In this document: positions 23,632 to 34,214 of the stretch, in pieces | Layout: every line of letters begins with the position of its first letter | Position numbering within the stretch: the stretch's first letter is position 1 | Assembly: GCA_026025795.1 (NCBI GenBank) | Contig: JAPEUG010000064.1 | Location: forward strand, 1 to 60,943 | DNA from: Thelocarpon superellum | Taxonomy: Eukaryota | Reading direction: 5' to 3' | Length of the DNA: 60,943 nucleotides | The notes under the pieces: generated by a model | Databases searched by the model: none | What the model saw: the letters and a program-made list of their open reading frames with translations, nothing else | Told to the model about the DNA's origin: nothing | Position numbers and translations under genes: made by a program

Positions 23632-25182
23632 CTAATCTTCATCCTCATTGGTGGGCTTATACAAGACCGTGGTGACGTGCTTCTTCTTATACCGGGTGGT
23701 GGCGCTGGTGGCGAGGACGCCGCTGCGGATGCTACTGGTGGCCAGGTGGTTGAGCACGGTGTGGTTGGGCATGCTGAGCACGCTGCTGTCGTCCTTCATG
23801 GGCGTGTTGCCGTTGAGGATGGATCGGTTGAGGAAGAGTGGCAAGCTGGGTGGTGGGGGGAGCGCACTGATGGCCGACGAGGCCCGTTGGTACGCCGGCG
23901 AGTCTTCCGGCTGGTCAAGGTCGAGCAGATATCGTGGGATCTTGTTCGTCCAGCGCTTGGGGCGTGCGGCTATCTTGGTGCTCGGATCGGGGCCGGCCGG
24001 CTGCGACGTCGCCGCCGGCGGCCTCCCCGAGTCGGCCGCGGCGTCGGCACCGTGACTCCCTGCCGCAGCCGAGGGAGTGCCGGCTGGAAGAGCAGCCGAG
24101 TGGGCGGGGTCTTGGCCTGGGCGCCCCTCGGTGGACTTGATGTCGACGGGGGTCGTACTCGGCGGCACCGTCGCGGGAATGTCATCCGCGCTCACTTCTA
24201 CGTAGTTGACGAGGATATTCGTGTAGTCCACCGCCGTGGGCATGTGGTCTGAGATTCGCATGTCCCCATCCACGATGAACTTGAGATGATGCGTCCCGGG
24301 GGGAAGCTGGATGACGGCCGAGAGGCGATCGCTGTTGGCCCTGTCCCCTTGTTTAGCACTGGCTCCGACTCGACGTGGAAACACCTACTCTTTGTGGAGC
24401 CTGAACTTCCGATTCCAGCTGGCAAAGGTCCCTGTCACGTACACCTTGTCCCCTCCCTGTTGCCATTCGATCATCGTCGGCACCGTCTTTCTCATCTCCC
24501 CATCCACCGAGTAGGCGTGGAGATCATCGCCAACCTCGGCTTCATCGTCGTCGACCGTCGTGCTGCTCAACACCGAATTCCTCCGTCGCAGCGACCCGTC
24601 CGCTTCATCCTCCTCGAGCGCGGACGACAGGTCGGCCGAGGAGATGATGGGCGAGCCCGGTGCATGAATCTCCTCTTCAATTGGAAGCGGCAGCCGAGGG
24701 GGCCGGTGCGCCTGAATGGGGGGGATGTGGTACTGGTCATGGGGCGGCGCGGCCGGCTGGATCGTGGAGCCGTCACCTCGACTCGACTCACCCGTGCTCG
24801 GGACGGCGATGGGCCGGGTGGGATTGAAGGGCTTCTGATCGTTGGCCGCCGCGGCCGCTCTCAGCCGCGACTCTTCGTTTCCCATCGGACCCGGTTGCGT
24901 CGATTCGACCGTCCGGGCCCGTGGTCGCGCGGGGATCTTGGAATGGGGTGGAGCCGCGGAGGAATGATGTGAAGTGGCGCTTTCGTGAGACTCTGATGGC
25001 GGCGCTGCGGTGGCCTTGCCGGACGGAAGAGCTTGCACACTATCCCTCCGCCGTGGCTCGAGGCGAGTCGGGGTCGAAGAAGAGACGGCGGGGGTGGAGG
25101 AGGATGACGATGATGCGGTGGTGTGGGGGGTGGTGGCAGAGGGGGAGGTGGTGGGGTTGGACTTGGATGGATTGTTACCCAT
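23632..25182 (-). CDS. GAL83: SNF1/AMPK beta subunit (Gal83/Sip2 family), one intron
   Basis: N-terminal MGNNPS; CBM48 EWQQGGDKVYVTGTFASW and LPPGTHHLKFIVDG; ASC domain PPPSLPLFL, PNHTVLNHLATSSI, TTRYKKKHVTTVLYKP. Confidence 0.95.
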
Positions 25183-25814
25183 GACGGGCAGACGCGGCGG
25201 CAACTGCCGCGGAAGTCACGGTGTCCAAGAAATCCAAAAAGGGTCGTGATTCTTCTCCGGCCTTTGCCAGGCGGTGAGAGGGCTGGACGGTGAATGCCCG
25301 GTGTGTCGGGGAAGGCACGAGGAGCGTCGTTGCTGTTTCGAGAGCACCAGCACGACACCCGCGCGCTCTTTCGCTCTCGCTCCTTGGCGTTCGATGTCAG
25401 TCCCGTCGCTAGGGAGCTCGCTTCCGCCCCACTGACGCCAGGCATCCCTCCTTAGCGCCTCATCACTCCCGTGCAGAAGGTGTGGCCCCTGGTGCCCATT
25501 GTCGCACCCGGGGCGCTCCCACTGGATGCTCACTGGACCGTCACGGAACCATGATGTAAGGAAGCACTTCAGGAGACATTCCCGCCACTCTACCATTTCG
25601 CTGCTCGAGGACGGCATCCGCATGCGAGTACGAGAGCACAAGCATACATACGCGGAAGCACAGCACAGGCCCGGACATCAGCACAGGCACAGGTACAAAC
25701 GCGTCGTATGCAAGTCATCCTTTGCTTCACCGGGGCGACCCGTCGTGGAACGCGATTTGGGGCCCATTCCGTTTCCGCTTCAGCTTCCGCGTCGCCGACG
25801 CGTAGGCCGCGGCC

Positions 25815-26421
25815 ATGAACTACTATCTCTCGACCGCCATCACCGTCGGCTACTACGTCGTCTACCCCATCACCACCCTCATCTCATGGCTCCTCGTCTG
25901 CCTCGCGCCCGTCCTGCACCTGGCGCACTACACCTTCCATGCCCTGCTCCTCCCACTGCGGATCCTGGCTAAATTCGAGGTCTGGCTCTCTACCTTTCCG
26001 GGGTGTCTCTTCGTCCTAGGGGCACCGAGTGTCTCTGGACACAATGAACGTCTCGCTGACCATCCATCAACGACAGACCCTCTACATCTATCTGGGCGTG
26101 GCGGCCGTGGTCGGCATCCTGACGGGATCCATCCTCCACTTCTCGAGCGGTCTTCTGATCTGGGCCCTGGACCTGCGATCGAGCACGGAGGAGGACCTGG
26201 GGCCACATGTGGAGCGGTCCCGGGCCGCCCTGCGGAAGAAAAAGTCGGGCCCGGCGGGGAGCCTGTCGCCAATCGGGTCCGGTTCACGACCCGTCCTGGA
26301 TCCGTCGATCAAACGTGAGTATGCCGACTGGCTGGATCGAGATCGAGCGCGCAAACGAGACGGCCTCCTCTCGCAGACCATCTTGGAAGAAGAAGATGAT
26401 GACTCGGATTACGACTTTTGA
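25815..26421 (+). CDS. Small putative membrane protein, one intron (~25980-26076)
   Basis: Two hydrophobic ORF pieces join in frame across a GT..AG intron (LAKFE|TLYIYLGVAAVVGILTG); acidic tail TILEEEDDDSDYDF. Confidence 0.75.
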
Positions 26422-26602
26422 TGGACCATGTGTATGTACTCGGGCATCACGCAACGTCTTGGACACATATCGCAGGGAATCTATTTCAGTCATAGAATCT
26501 GTCGCCCGCGCGGGCCCCGGTCTAGATAGAACGCGCCCCGAAGCAATTGAAGGGAGACGAGAGATGAGAGACGAGAGAAGAACGCCGGGTATGCAGGGGG
26601 CG

Positions 26603-28614
26603 CTAGTCGAGAAGAGTAAACAGATCCGTATGCAAGATGTTGATGGCGCGGTCGGCGTCACGCTCCTCGATGACGCAGGAAATGTTGATCTCGCTGGCGC
26701 CTGAGAGGAGCCGGAGCCCGGGCGTCAGCGTGGCGATGGCGGGAGGGAGTGAGACCAGCAGCGCACCTTGCGAGATCATCTCGATGTTGACGTTGTGCTC
26801 GCCCAGGGTGGAGAACATGCGGCCGGCGATGCCCATCATGTTCTTCATCTGCTTGCCCACCAGGCTCAAGATGGCCATGCCGGGGATGACGTCGACCGTG
26901 CCGTAGTCGCGGAGCTCGCCGATGGCCCCGCGCAGGTCGTGGTTCAATGTCTGCTCCTCCGTCTCCCCGCCGCCGCTGAGCAGGGCCGACTCGGAGTGCA
27001 GTGCCATGGATACGTGCACCTCGCTGGTCGAGATCAAGTCGACCGACAGACGCCACTTGTCCAGGGTGGAGAAGATGTTGGCGAAGAAGCCGTGGCTAAG
27101 CGAGCGTTTGTTCGAATGCACGTTGATGACCAGGATCTGGTGCTTGATCGTCACCGCCGTCGGCCGCTTCGTCCACTGCTGCCGCAGACCCCGTGCGCTG
27201 CGTGGGCGGATGAGCGGGATCTCGAGCGGGCTCGCGTCGGATTTGAACTCGGGCGTGGCGTCGGGGAAGATGACGGTACCGTTTCCGCGCGGGCGCATGA
27301 CGTTTTTGATGCGGATGGGAATGGACGCTCGCACGACCTGCTCCATGGTAAACGGGTGGATGACCTGGCACCCAAGTGAATATCGTCGTCGATGACGAGG
27401 ACGCGCCATGGGGAACGGGGACGTACCTCGGAACCGTAGAAGGTCAATTCCGCTGCCTCGGCCGGCGTGATGCTCGTGAGCAGACGCGCCGTCGGCACTT
27501 TGCGAGGATCCGCCGTGAAGATGCCATCGACCTCCTTCCACACCTGGAGCTCTTCGGCCTGCATGCCGACGGCAACCAACGCCGCACAGAGGTCGGTGTA
27601 GCCACGGCCGATCTTCTCAAGAAGTCCCCCGGGGACGCCACCGAAGAAACCTAGACCGGTGTTAGCGATGCGGGCCGATTGGTCTGCGGGCCGACGGACC
27701 GGTGATGACAGGGACTCGGTGGCGGCATGCGAGGACCTCGTGAGCCAGCGTGCTTGCCAACGCTTCGTAGAAGGCCTGGTCCAGCTCTTGCGGCGCATGC
27801 AACGCGATCACGTCGGACAGGTCCACGTATTGTGCATCCACTCCCTGGTATGCCGGTCAGCCCGGTATGCGCCACAGCGCGGGCGTCGAACGACCTACTC
27901 GGTCCTGGAGCAGCGCCGTGATGAAGCGACAGCTGAGCTTCTCCCCCTTGGCCACAATCTTGTCCTTGGACCTCGAGCTGATTTCGCCGACTCTCTGCAC
28001 GACATGTGCGTCAGCAGTGCTTGACCTCGTGGTCCCCTCCATCTTGTCACCGACCCGCGTAGCTTCCAAAAAGACGAGCAAGTCTTCACATTCATGCCGG
28101 ACTTCAGCATCGAGCCTGGTAACGATGGCGTGTGATTTGATGGAGGCGTGCGCGGCAGCCATATGGTCCTCGCGGATCGCCTCCACGATGGTCTCATGGT
28201 GTCGGCACGATGGGTCTTGGGCCTCTCGCGCGGCACGTAACAACCTGGACGGGCGCATGGTCGGCGAGGAAGGACACAGCGTCTGGCGACCAATGACTCA
28301 CCGATTGGTGGTGCCCTCCAGTTTGGAGTGACTGCTGCGCGCCGAACACACGACGGCGACGCGGTGATGCGACAGCGTCGTCCTACGGCGACCATCTCGC
28401 AGTCAACGGGGAAGAATTGGGAGGTGCGGCGTAAGGAGGGTGAAGGGCAGACTCACCGGACAATGTCTTGGGCGATGTTGGAGGCGAACTTGCCGATGCT
28501 GGTCCCGCCGAATTTCTGCACGATCCAGCGACCCTCGCTCACATTGCCCTGGAGTGGGGGGTCGGGGTCGGAGCCAGGGTCGGCGTGGCCATTGGTCACG
28601 ACGGCAGGTGGCAT
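26603..28614 (-). CDS. HOM3: Aspartate kinase, multi-intron
   Basis: WIVQKFGGTSIGKF, VVCSAR, GEKLSCRF, IGRGYTDLCAAL, WKEVDGIFTADPRKVP, VIHPFTMEQV, ACT domains (DLISTSEVHVSMA, IEMISQGASEINISCVI). Confidence 0.97.
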
Positions 28615-28740
28615 TGCCTGTGCGCTGTGCGTTGGACCTCCCAGAACATCAGACCGGAGAAGGGAGGATGGAGACTGGCGGGGTGTGACGCAAAAAATTG
28701 ACCGACTTGCAACTTCACGCTCGCTTTCACCTGCGCTTGG

Positions 28741-28797
28741 AGTTGCAGTGGCAGTGGCAGTGGCAGTTGCAGTTGCAGCTGCAGCTGCATTTGCACT
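28741..28797. repeat. Degenerate hexamer microsatellite (GCAGTG/GCAGTT/GCAGCT)n
   Basis: Read directly, upstream of aspartate kinase. Confidence 0.85.
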
Positions 28798-29442
28798 TCC
28801 GCTATGACACAGACCCCACGAGCTGCGGGACCGGCAAAAAAGAAAAGGGTTGGCCTTCTAGAACTACCGGGGCAATCTTAGCGAGACGGTGTCTTTTCCT
28901 CCCTGTGGCATGCCGATGACGGAGGCCGTTGCGTGCTTGCGTGCTTGTGCGCTTGTGTGACTGCGGGACGTGCTGGTTGGTGGAGGGGCGACTCCGGTTC
29001 CTGGGGCACGGGCCAACGACTGACGAGCGAGGCGATGGCGTGCTTACTCGCGTAGGGATGGGTCACCACACTCAACTCACCACATCCCCCCACGTCAAGC
29101 TCTGTAACATAGGAACGATGCCACAACCGGGATGAGGACCCAGAGCCTGTGCACGATTGTACCGACACTTCTAGATCAGGTTGTGTTGACAGAAGCACTC
29201 TACTGTCACTGAAGCAACCTTGGCTAAAGGCGGCGCGAAACACAAGATCAGTCCCCCACGTCAGAGTCGGCCTGGCCCATGCATGTCGTCCTTAGGTATC
29301 CCGATCTGTCTCGCCTGTCCAAACAAGTCCCGAACGCACCCTTTACCTTTGGCCCTGGTCGTTTCCTTGCGCCGCGCTATGCTGAGGCTGCCGTGCTTGA
29401 CGGCCGGCCGATGCCCAAGATGCACTAAGCCGGAGGGGAAGA

Positions 29443-31450
29443 TTATCGCCGATAGACATCACGCTCGCGGTGATCGAGGCCACGGTCGCGATCTCGATCC
29501 CGCCCGGGACTCCGGCTGCGTCGCCGCGTATCTTCCCGGCGCTCCGTCCGCTCCCGTCGCTCCCCCCCTCCCCCTCCTCCGTATCGGTCGCGATCATGTC
29601 GTTCGTCTCGCCGGCGTCCATCGGCGCCGCTGCCGTAATTGGGAATGTACGTGTCCACCCGGCTGTTCCCCCCCTCGCCCCGCGCAAACCCTCGATCTCG
29701 TCCACGATCGGCCGACTTGTCCCCCGCACCCGCCGCACCCGCCGTCCACGCCGAGTTCGGCGGACGGGGCGGCAGCCGGAGGTCGTGTCGTTCGCCGCCG
29801 GCCCAAGCCGGCTGACGCGCCGGAGCGCCTCCGGGTCCGCCCGAGACGCGGGGCGCGCGCGGTGGTGGGGCCGCGTGCGAGGGCAGAGGCGCAGGGACCC
29901 GATTGCCGCGGCCACCGCCCCCGCCACTGCCGCCGCTGCCGCCATGGTTCCATCCTCCCGCCGGTCCGCTGCGTGCGCCCGGCCCCCCCGCCCAGCCGTT
30001 CGTTCCCATGCCCACCGTTCCCCCGGCCGGCGCCGGCGGGGGGCCCGCTTTCAGGCCCCGAAATTTGCGTCGATCGAGCTCATGTGAGTCCTCAAACCGG
30101 GGAATGTCCGCGGGCCGCGCCGGTAAAGGCTCGCTGGTGAAGTAGGGGTGCTTCAAAGCGTCGATGGCGTTGATGCGCTTGCGCCAGTCCAGCGTCAGCA
30201 AGGCGTTGAGCAGGGAGATGACCATCGGGCCTTGTCTGAACGTCAATTGGCTAGGTTAGCCGTCGGCTCTGCTCCACACGCCGTGGGGAAAACTTACGGT
30301 CGAAAGCGCTGGGCGAGCGTGCTGCTCCGAGGCTTGAACTCCTTAATGCCCTCACACCCCGGCAGCGCCCCAAACCCCGGCATGGTCTCTTCGTTGGGCG
30401 TGCCGACCAGGTCGAAGATGATCTGGGCCTGGTTGAGGTCGCTGTTGCCGGCCAGGATCGGCTTTCCCACGAACATCTCGCCGAAGACGCAGCTGTATGG
30501 CGCACGTCAGCGAGGGAGGGGGGCACGCGATGAGGCCGCAGCCACAGGGACATACCCGACGCCCCACATGTCGATGGCGGGGGTATACTTCCGCATCTGC
30601 AGCAAGAGTTCCGGCGGGCGATACCATCGCGTCACCACGACGGTGGTGTAGTCCCGCTTCGCCTCGCCGTTGCCCTTCCCGGCCTGGGGCACCGGGTCAT
30701 CGTAATGTCGCGCCAGGCCAAAATCGGCAATCTGGAGGATGCCCTTGTTGCTGATGAGGAGGTTCGCGGCTTTCATGTCGCGGTGCAGGATATGGTTGTC
30801 GTGCAGATAGCGGAGTCCTTCCAGCAGCTGGAGCATGTAGCATTTGATCTGCGGCTCGGTGAAGCGCACGTCAGGATTCTCGAGCAGGCCCGAGAGATCG
30901 TGATCCATGTAGGGCGTGACCATGTACATGATGGCTTTCTTTCGACCCTCGCCTGACACAAGTGGATGTGGAATCAGCATCGGGCCTCACCGAATGACCG
31001 CTGCGCTCAGGGCGAGCGCAAGCGCAAGCGCAAGCGGGCCACCCACCCTTGGTCCGCTCGACTGCCATCTCTTCCAGGCTCAAGATATTGACGTGCGAGA
31101 GCATCTTGAGCAGCTTGATCTCACGCAACGCGGTGATTGGGAACCCGTCCTTCTCGTTGTGCATCAGGATCTTCTTCAACGCAACCACGGAGCCATTGAC
31201 CCGCGATCGCGCTTTGTGCACTTCCCTGCCGCGATGTGAGTCACGGGTCTTGGCGTAGCCAGGGTGGATGCTGCACGGTCGTGACCATGACAACATACCC
31301 AAAGGTTCCCTCTCCAAGCTTGCTGAGCATCTCGTAGTCTTTGATGTTCGAGCAGCCCCGTAGCCTGGCTCGTCCGTGCCGATCCACCTCGAGGCTCTTC
31401 TTCGATACCCGAGCCGCTTCCGAGTGGGAGGGTGATTCGAGAGGCATCAT
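29443..31450 (-). CDS. BUR1: Cyclin-dependent kinase Bur1/Sgv1 (CDK9 family), spliced
   Basis: [58 protein letters not shown] and an RS/RD-rich tail. Confidence 0.95.
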
Positions 31451-32021
31451 GGGAGACGTGGTGACATGCAGTGACCCACGCTGTCTATCGCGTCGCCTGT
31501 AGGAGGAGGTGGGAGGCTTTCGCGGAGGGGGAGTGGAAAGCTGGGAGAGCGATCTCAAACGGATCAGGGCCAAAGGGACATGACGCTCGACTAGTGAGCG
31601 CACCGCAGGCCAGACTTCCTGATCAGGTGACCGCAGGTTGATCGAGAGTAGTGACCCTGTTACCGCCGCGTGAAGAATGGCCCAGACCTCGGGTCGACAC
31701 CTCACTGGATCAGAGGGACATTGTCATTGACGGTGACCTGGAGCGACGTACGAGGCCAGGCACATCGAAAGCTTCCCACCATGCTACTGGCATCGCAGTT
31801 GCCGAGTCGCGACCAATCAACGACGCGATCCGGAGTCTCTCTTAGCGTAAGCCTCCCGTCACTTTTACCTTGCCGACCCTCCATCGCCATTACTGTTGTG
31901 AACGCCAGCCCACCGTCACTGAATCCGTACGGCTCGATTGCAGTGCCTCGAAGGCGAGTGTGAGTGCCCATGGGTGATTGATCAGCCAGCGAGTACCAGA
32001 TCTAAGAAGCTGTGCAGCACC

Positions 32022-32228
32022 ATGGCCGGCCATCATCCCGTCCACGTCCACCCCGCAAGACCACTGTATCGTTTCTCGGCGACGCTGCTCGGCGCGAGCA
32101 TGTGGTTTTTCGTGAGTGTGCATGTCGGCTTTTTGACTTGACCTCACTGACTCGTCACGCAGTTGATGTACCGTGCCAGGAAGGACGGGCCGGTGTTGTT
32201 GGGCTGGAAGCACCCGTGGGACCACTGA
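32022..32228 (+). CDS. Complex I accessory subunit AGGG/NDUFB2-like, 51 aa, intron 32112-32162
   Basis: Spliced MAGHHPVHVHPARPLYRFSATLLGASMWFF|LMYRARKDGPVLLGWKHPWDH*, resembling the plant/fungal AGGG pattern MWFW..YRAKQDGPV.LGWRHPW. Confidence 0.82.
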
Positions 32229-32420
32229 GGCAGGTCGAATCATGGGAGTAGTGACACAGCAGACGACAGACCCGCACCTCTCCTAGCTAGGGACAGACAC
32301 CGGCGGCGTTGGATTGGTTGCGGAGACGCGGCATCATGTATCGAGGTCGTCTAGGATGTTTTCTGGCGGAACGTCTATTCATCACCCGCCTTCTACGGAA
32401 GTCCATCGTCCAGAGCCCCG

Positions 32421-33702
32421 TTACACCGCTGCCCCGTTGCTTCTCCACGGCTTCTCGAACAGGTAGTGCGAGACGCCCCACGTGTCACCACCCTCAAAGG
32501 CAAAGAGCTCGGCACAGGCCATGTAGAAGATCTGCCACCGATAAAACCACATGGACGCGTTCCGCTCGCCATACGTCTCCACCAGGTGCGGCCAGATCTC
32601 CCTCTTCCCCACCGTCATCTTACTCAGCCAGTCCTTCCCGCGGCCATGGTCAGCAGGGCGAGCGTGCGGGCCAGGAGTGGCGAGCTTGAACTCACTTCAC
32701 ACGTCTTGGCATAGTGCTTGCCGTTCACCCACCACTGCTCTTGCAACCGCAGGTCTTTCTGGAAGTATAAGAGCAAGTCGGCCGACGGCATTGTTCCGCC
32801 GGTGAAGAAATGCGTGCTCATCCAGCCGGTCTCAAAGTCGTAGGGAGTGGTCTTGTGGCTGAAGATGTGCACAAACAGCTTCCCCTGGGGCTTGAGCCAT
32901 CGGGCCACCTTGGCCATGAGCTGCTCGTAGTTCTTCATGTGCTCGAAGAGCTATCAAGCGTCAACACGGGCCATGCCGCCGTGGTCCGGTCATGTCAAGG
33001 ATCGCACCTCGATAGAAACCACCCGGTCAAAGGATTGCTCTGGAAACTCGTAGTCCACGGCATTACCCGTCATCACCGTCACGTTGCCCAGCTTTTTGCG
33101 AGCCGCTTGCTCGTCGATGTAGATCTTCTGCGTCTTGGAGTTGGAGAAGGCCGTGACCTTGGCCTTTGGCAGCATCTCAGCGTAGTATAACGCACCGGAG
33201 CCCCAGCCGCAGCTGATGGGATATCAGCCCCCCTTCCACCCCCGCCACCCGCCATCACGGTGCACTCACCCGAGATCGAGGATGGACTGTCCGTCGTGCA
33301 GGTCGGCCTTGTCTAGGTACGTCTCCAACATGGCCATCTCCGCCTGGGCGAGCGTCTCCCCGCCTTTGGGATAGAGACAGCATGAGTACTTCATGCGTGG
33401 TCCCAGACAGGCCGAGAGCACGCCGGTGCCCACCTCGTAATGTTGCTCATTGGCTTTTCCCGTCTCGATGGCGATCGGTTGGCTGCGCAGCGAGCGGACA
33501 TAGAGCATCTTGCGGACGTAGGCCTCCTTAAGGGAAGTGGCCTGGATCAGCCGGATCCGGTCTTGGAGCTGACGCCGAATGCCAATGCGGATAATGGCAT
33601 GGGGCAAGTAGCCGCCGTCCAAGATCCAGTCTGCACCCCGATGAGCGACGGCACGGCAGCGGTGGCGCGCACCGATGACAAGATTGCCTCACCATAGTCC
33701 AT
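32421..33702 (-). CDS. SAM-dependent methyltransferase, CMAS / coclaurine-N-methyltransferase-like, spliced
   Basis: [77 protein letters not shown]. Confidence 0.93.
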
Positions 33703-34055
33703 TATCTCTCTCGACGGTGACCGCCAGAGTGTCAATGACTGGAACCAAAGGAACCGTCAGATTTGTCGCAATAGTTGGGTGAAGGGTTGAACCATGGGAC
33801 TGCCGTGTGGGGAGCTAGGTTTCGGAGATCGAAGGAGCCCCACCACACGTCTTCTGTCTCTCTGTGTACCTGTTGGGGAACCGCTCAGGGAGACTCAGCA
33901 CGTGCGGCCCTTCATCCGTCCATCGCCCTTTGGAAGCAGATGATCAAGTGCTTCACCAACTGGTTCCCGGTCACACGGCGCTTTGAGCAGAGCTCCTGCA
34001 CACGACGCTACGGATGCCGGAGAGTGTTGGTGACGACATCACGTACCCTTCCGGG

Positions 34056-34111
34056 CACAACCTACTAGGTTGTGAATATACCCGTTAGGATAGTATCCTA
34101 ACGGGGATATT
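34056..34111. repeat. Two abutting palindromes
   Basis: CACAACCTA-C-TAGGTTGTG (34056-34074) followed directly by AATAT-A-CCCGTTAGGATA-G-TATCCTAACGGG-G-ATATT (34075-34111). Confidence 0.9.
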
Positions 34112-34214
34112 TTCCCCCCCGCCGTCTACCAAGTCCCCCTACACGTCTAATTTCGATAAACGTAGAATGACACATCGACCGACGCCGCCGCCCTTGATAA
34201 TCTCGTCCAGGGAT

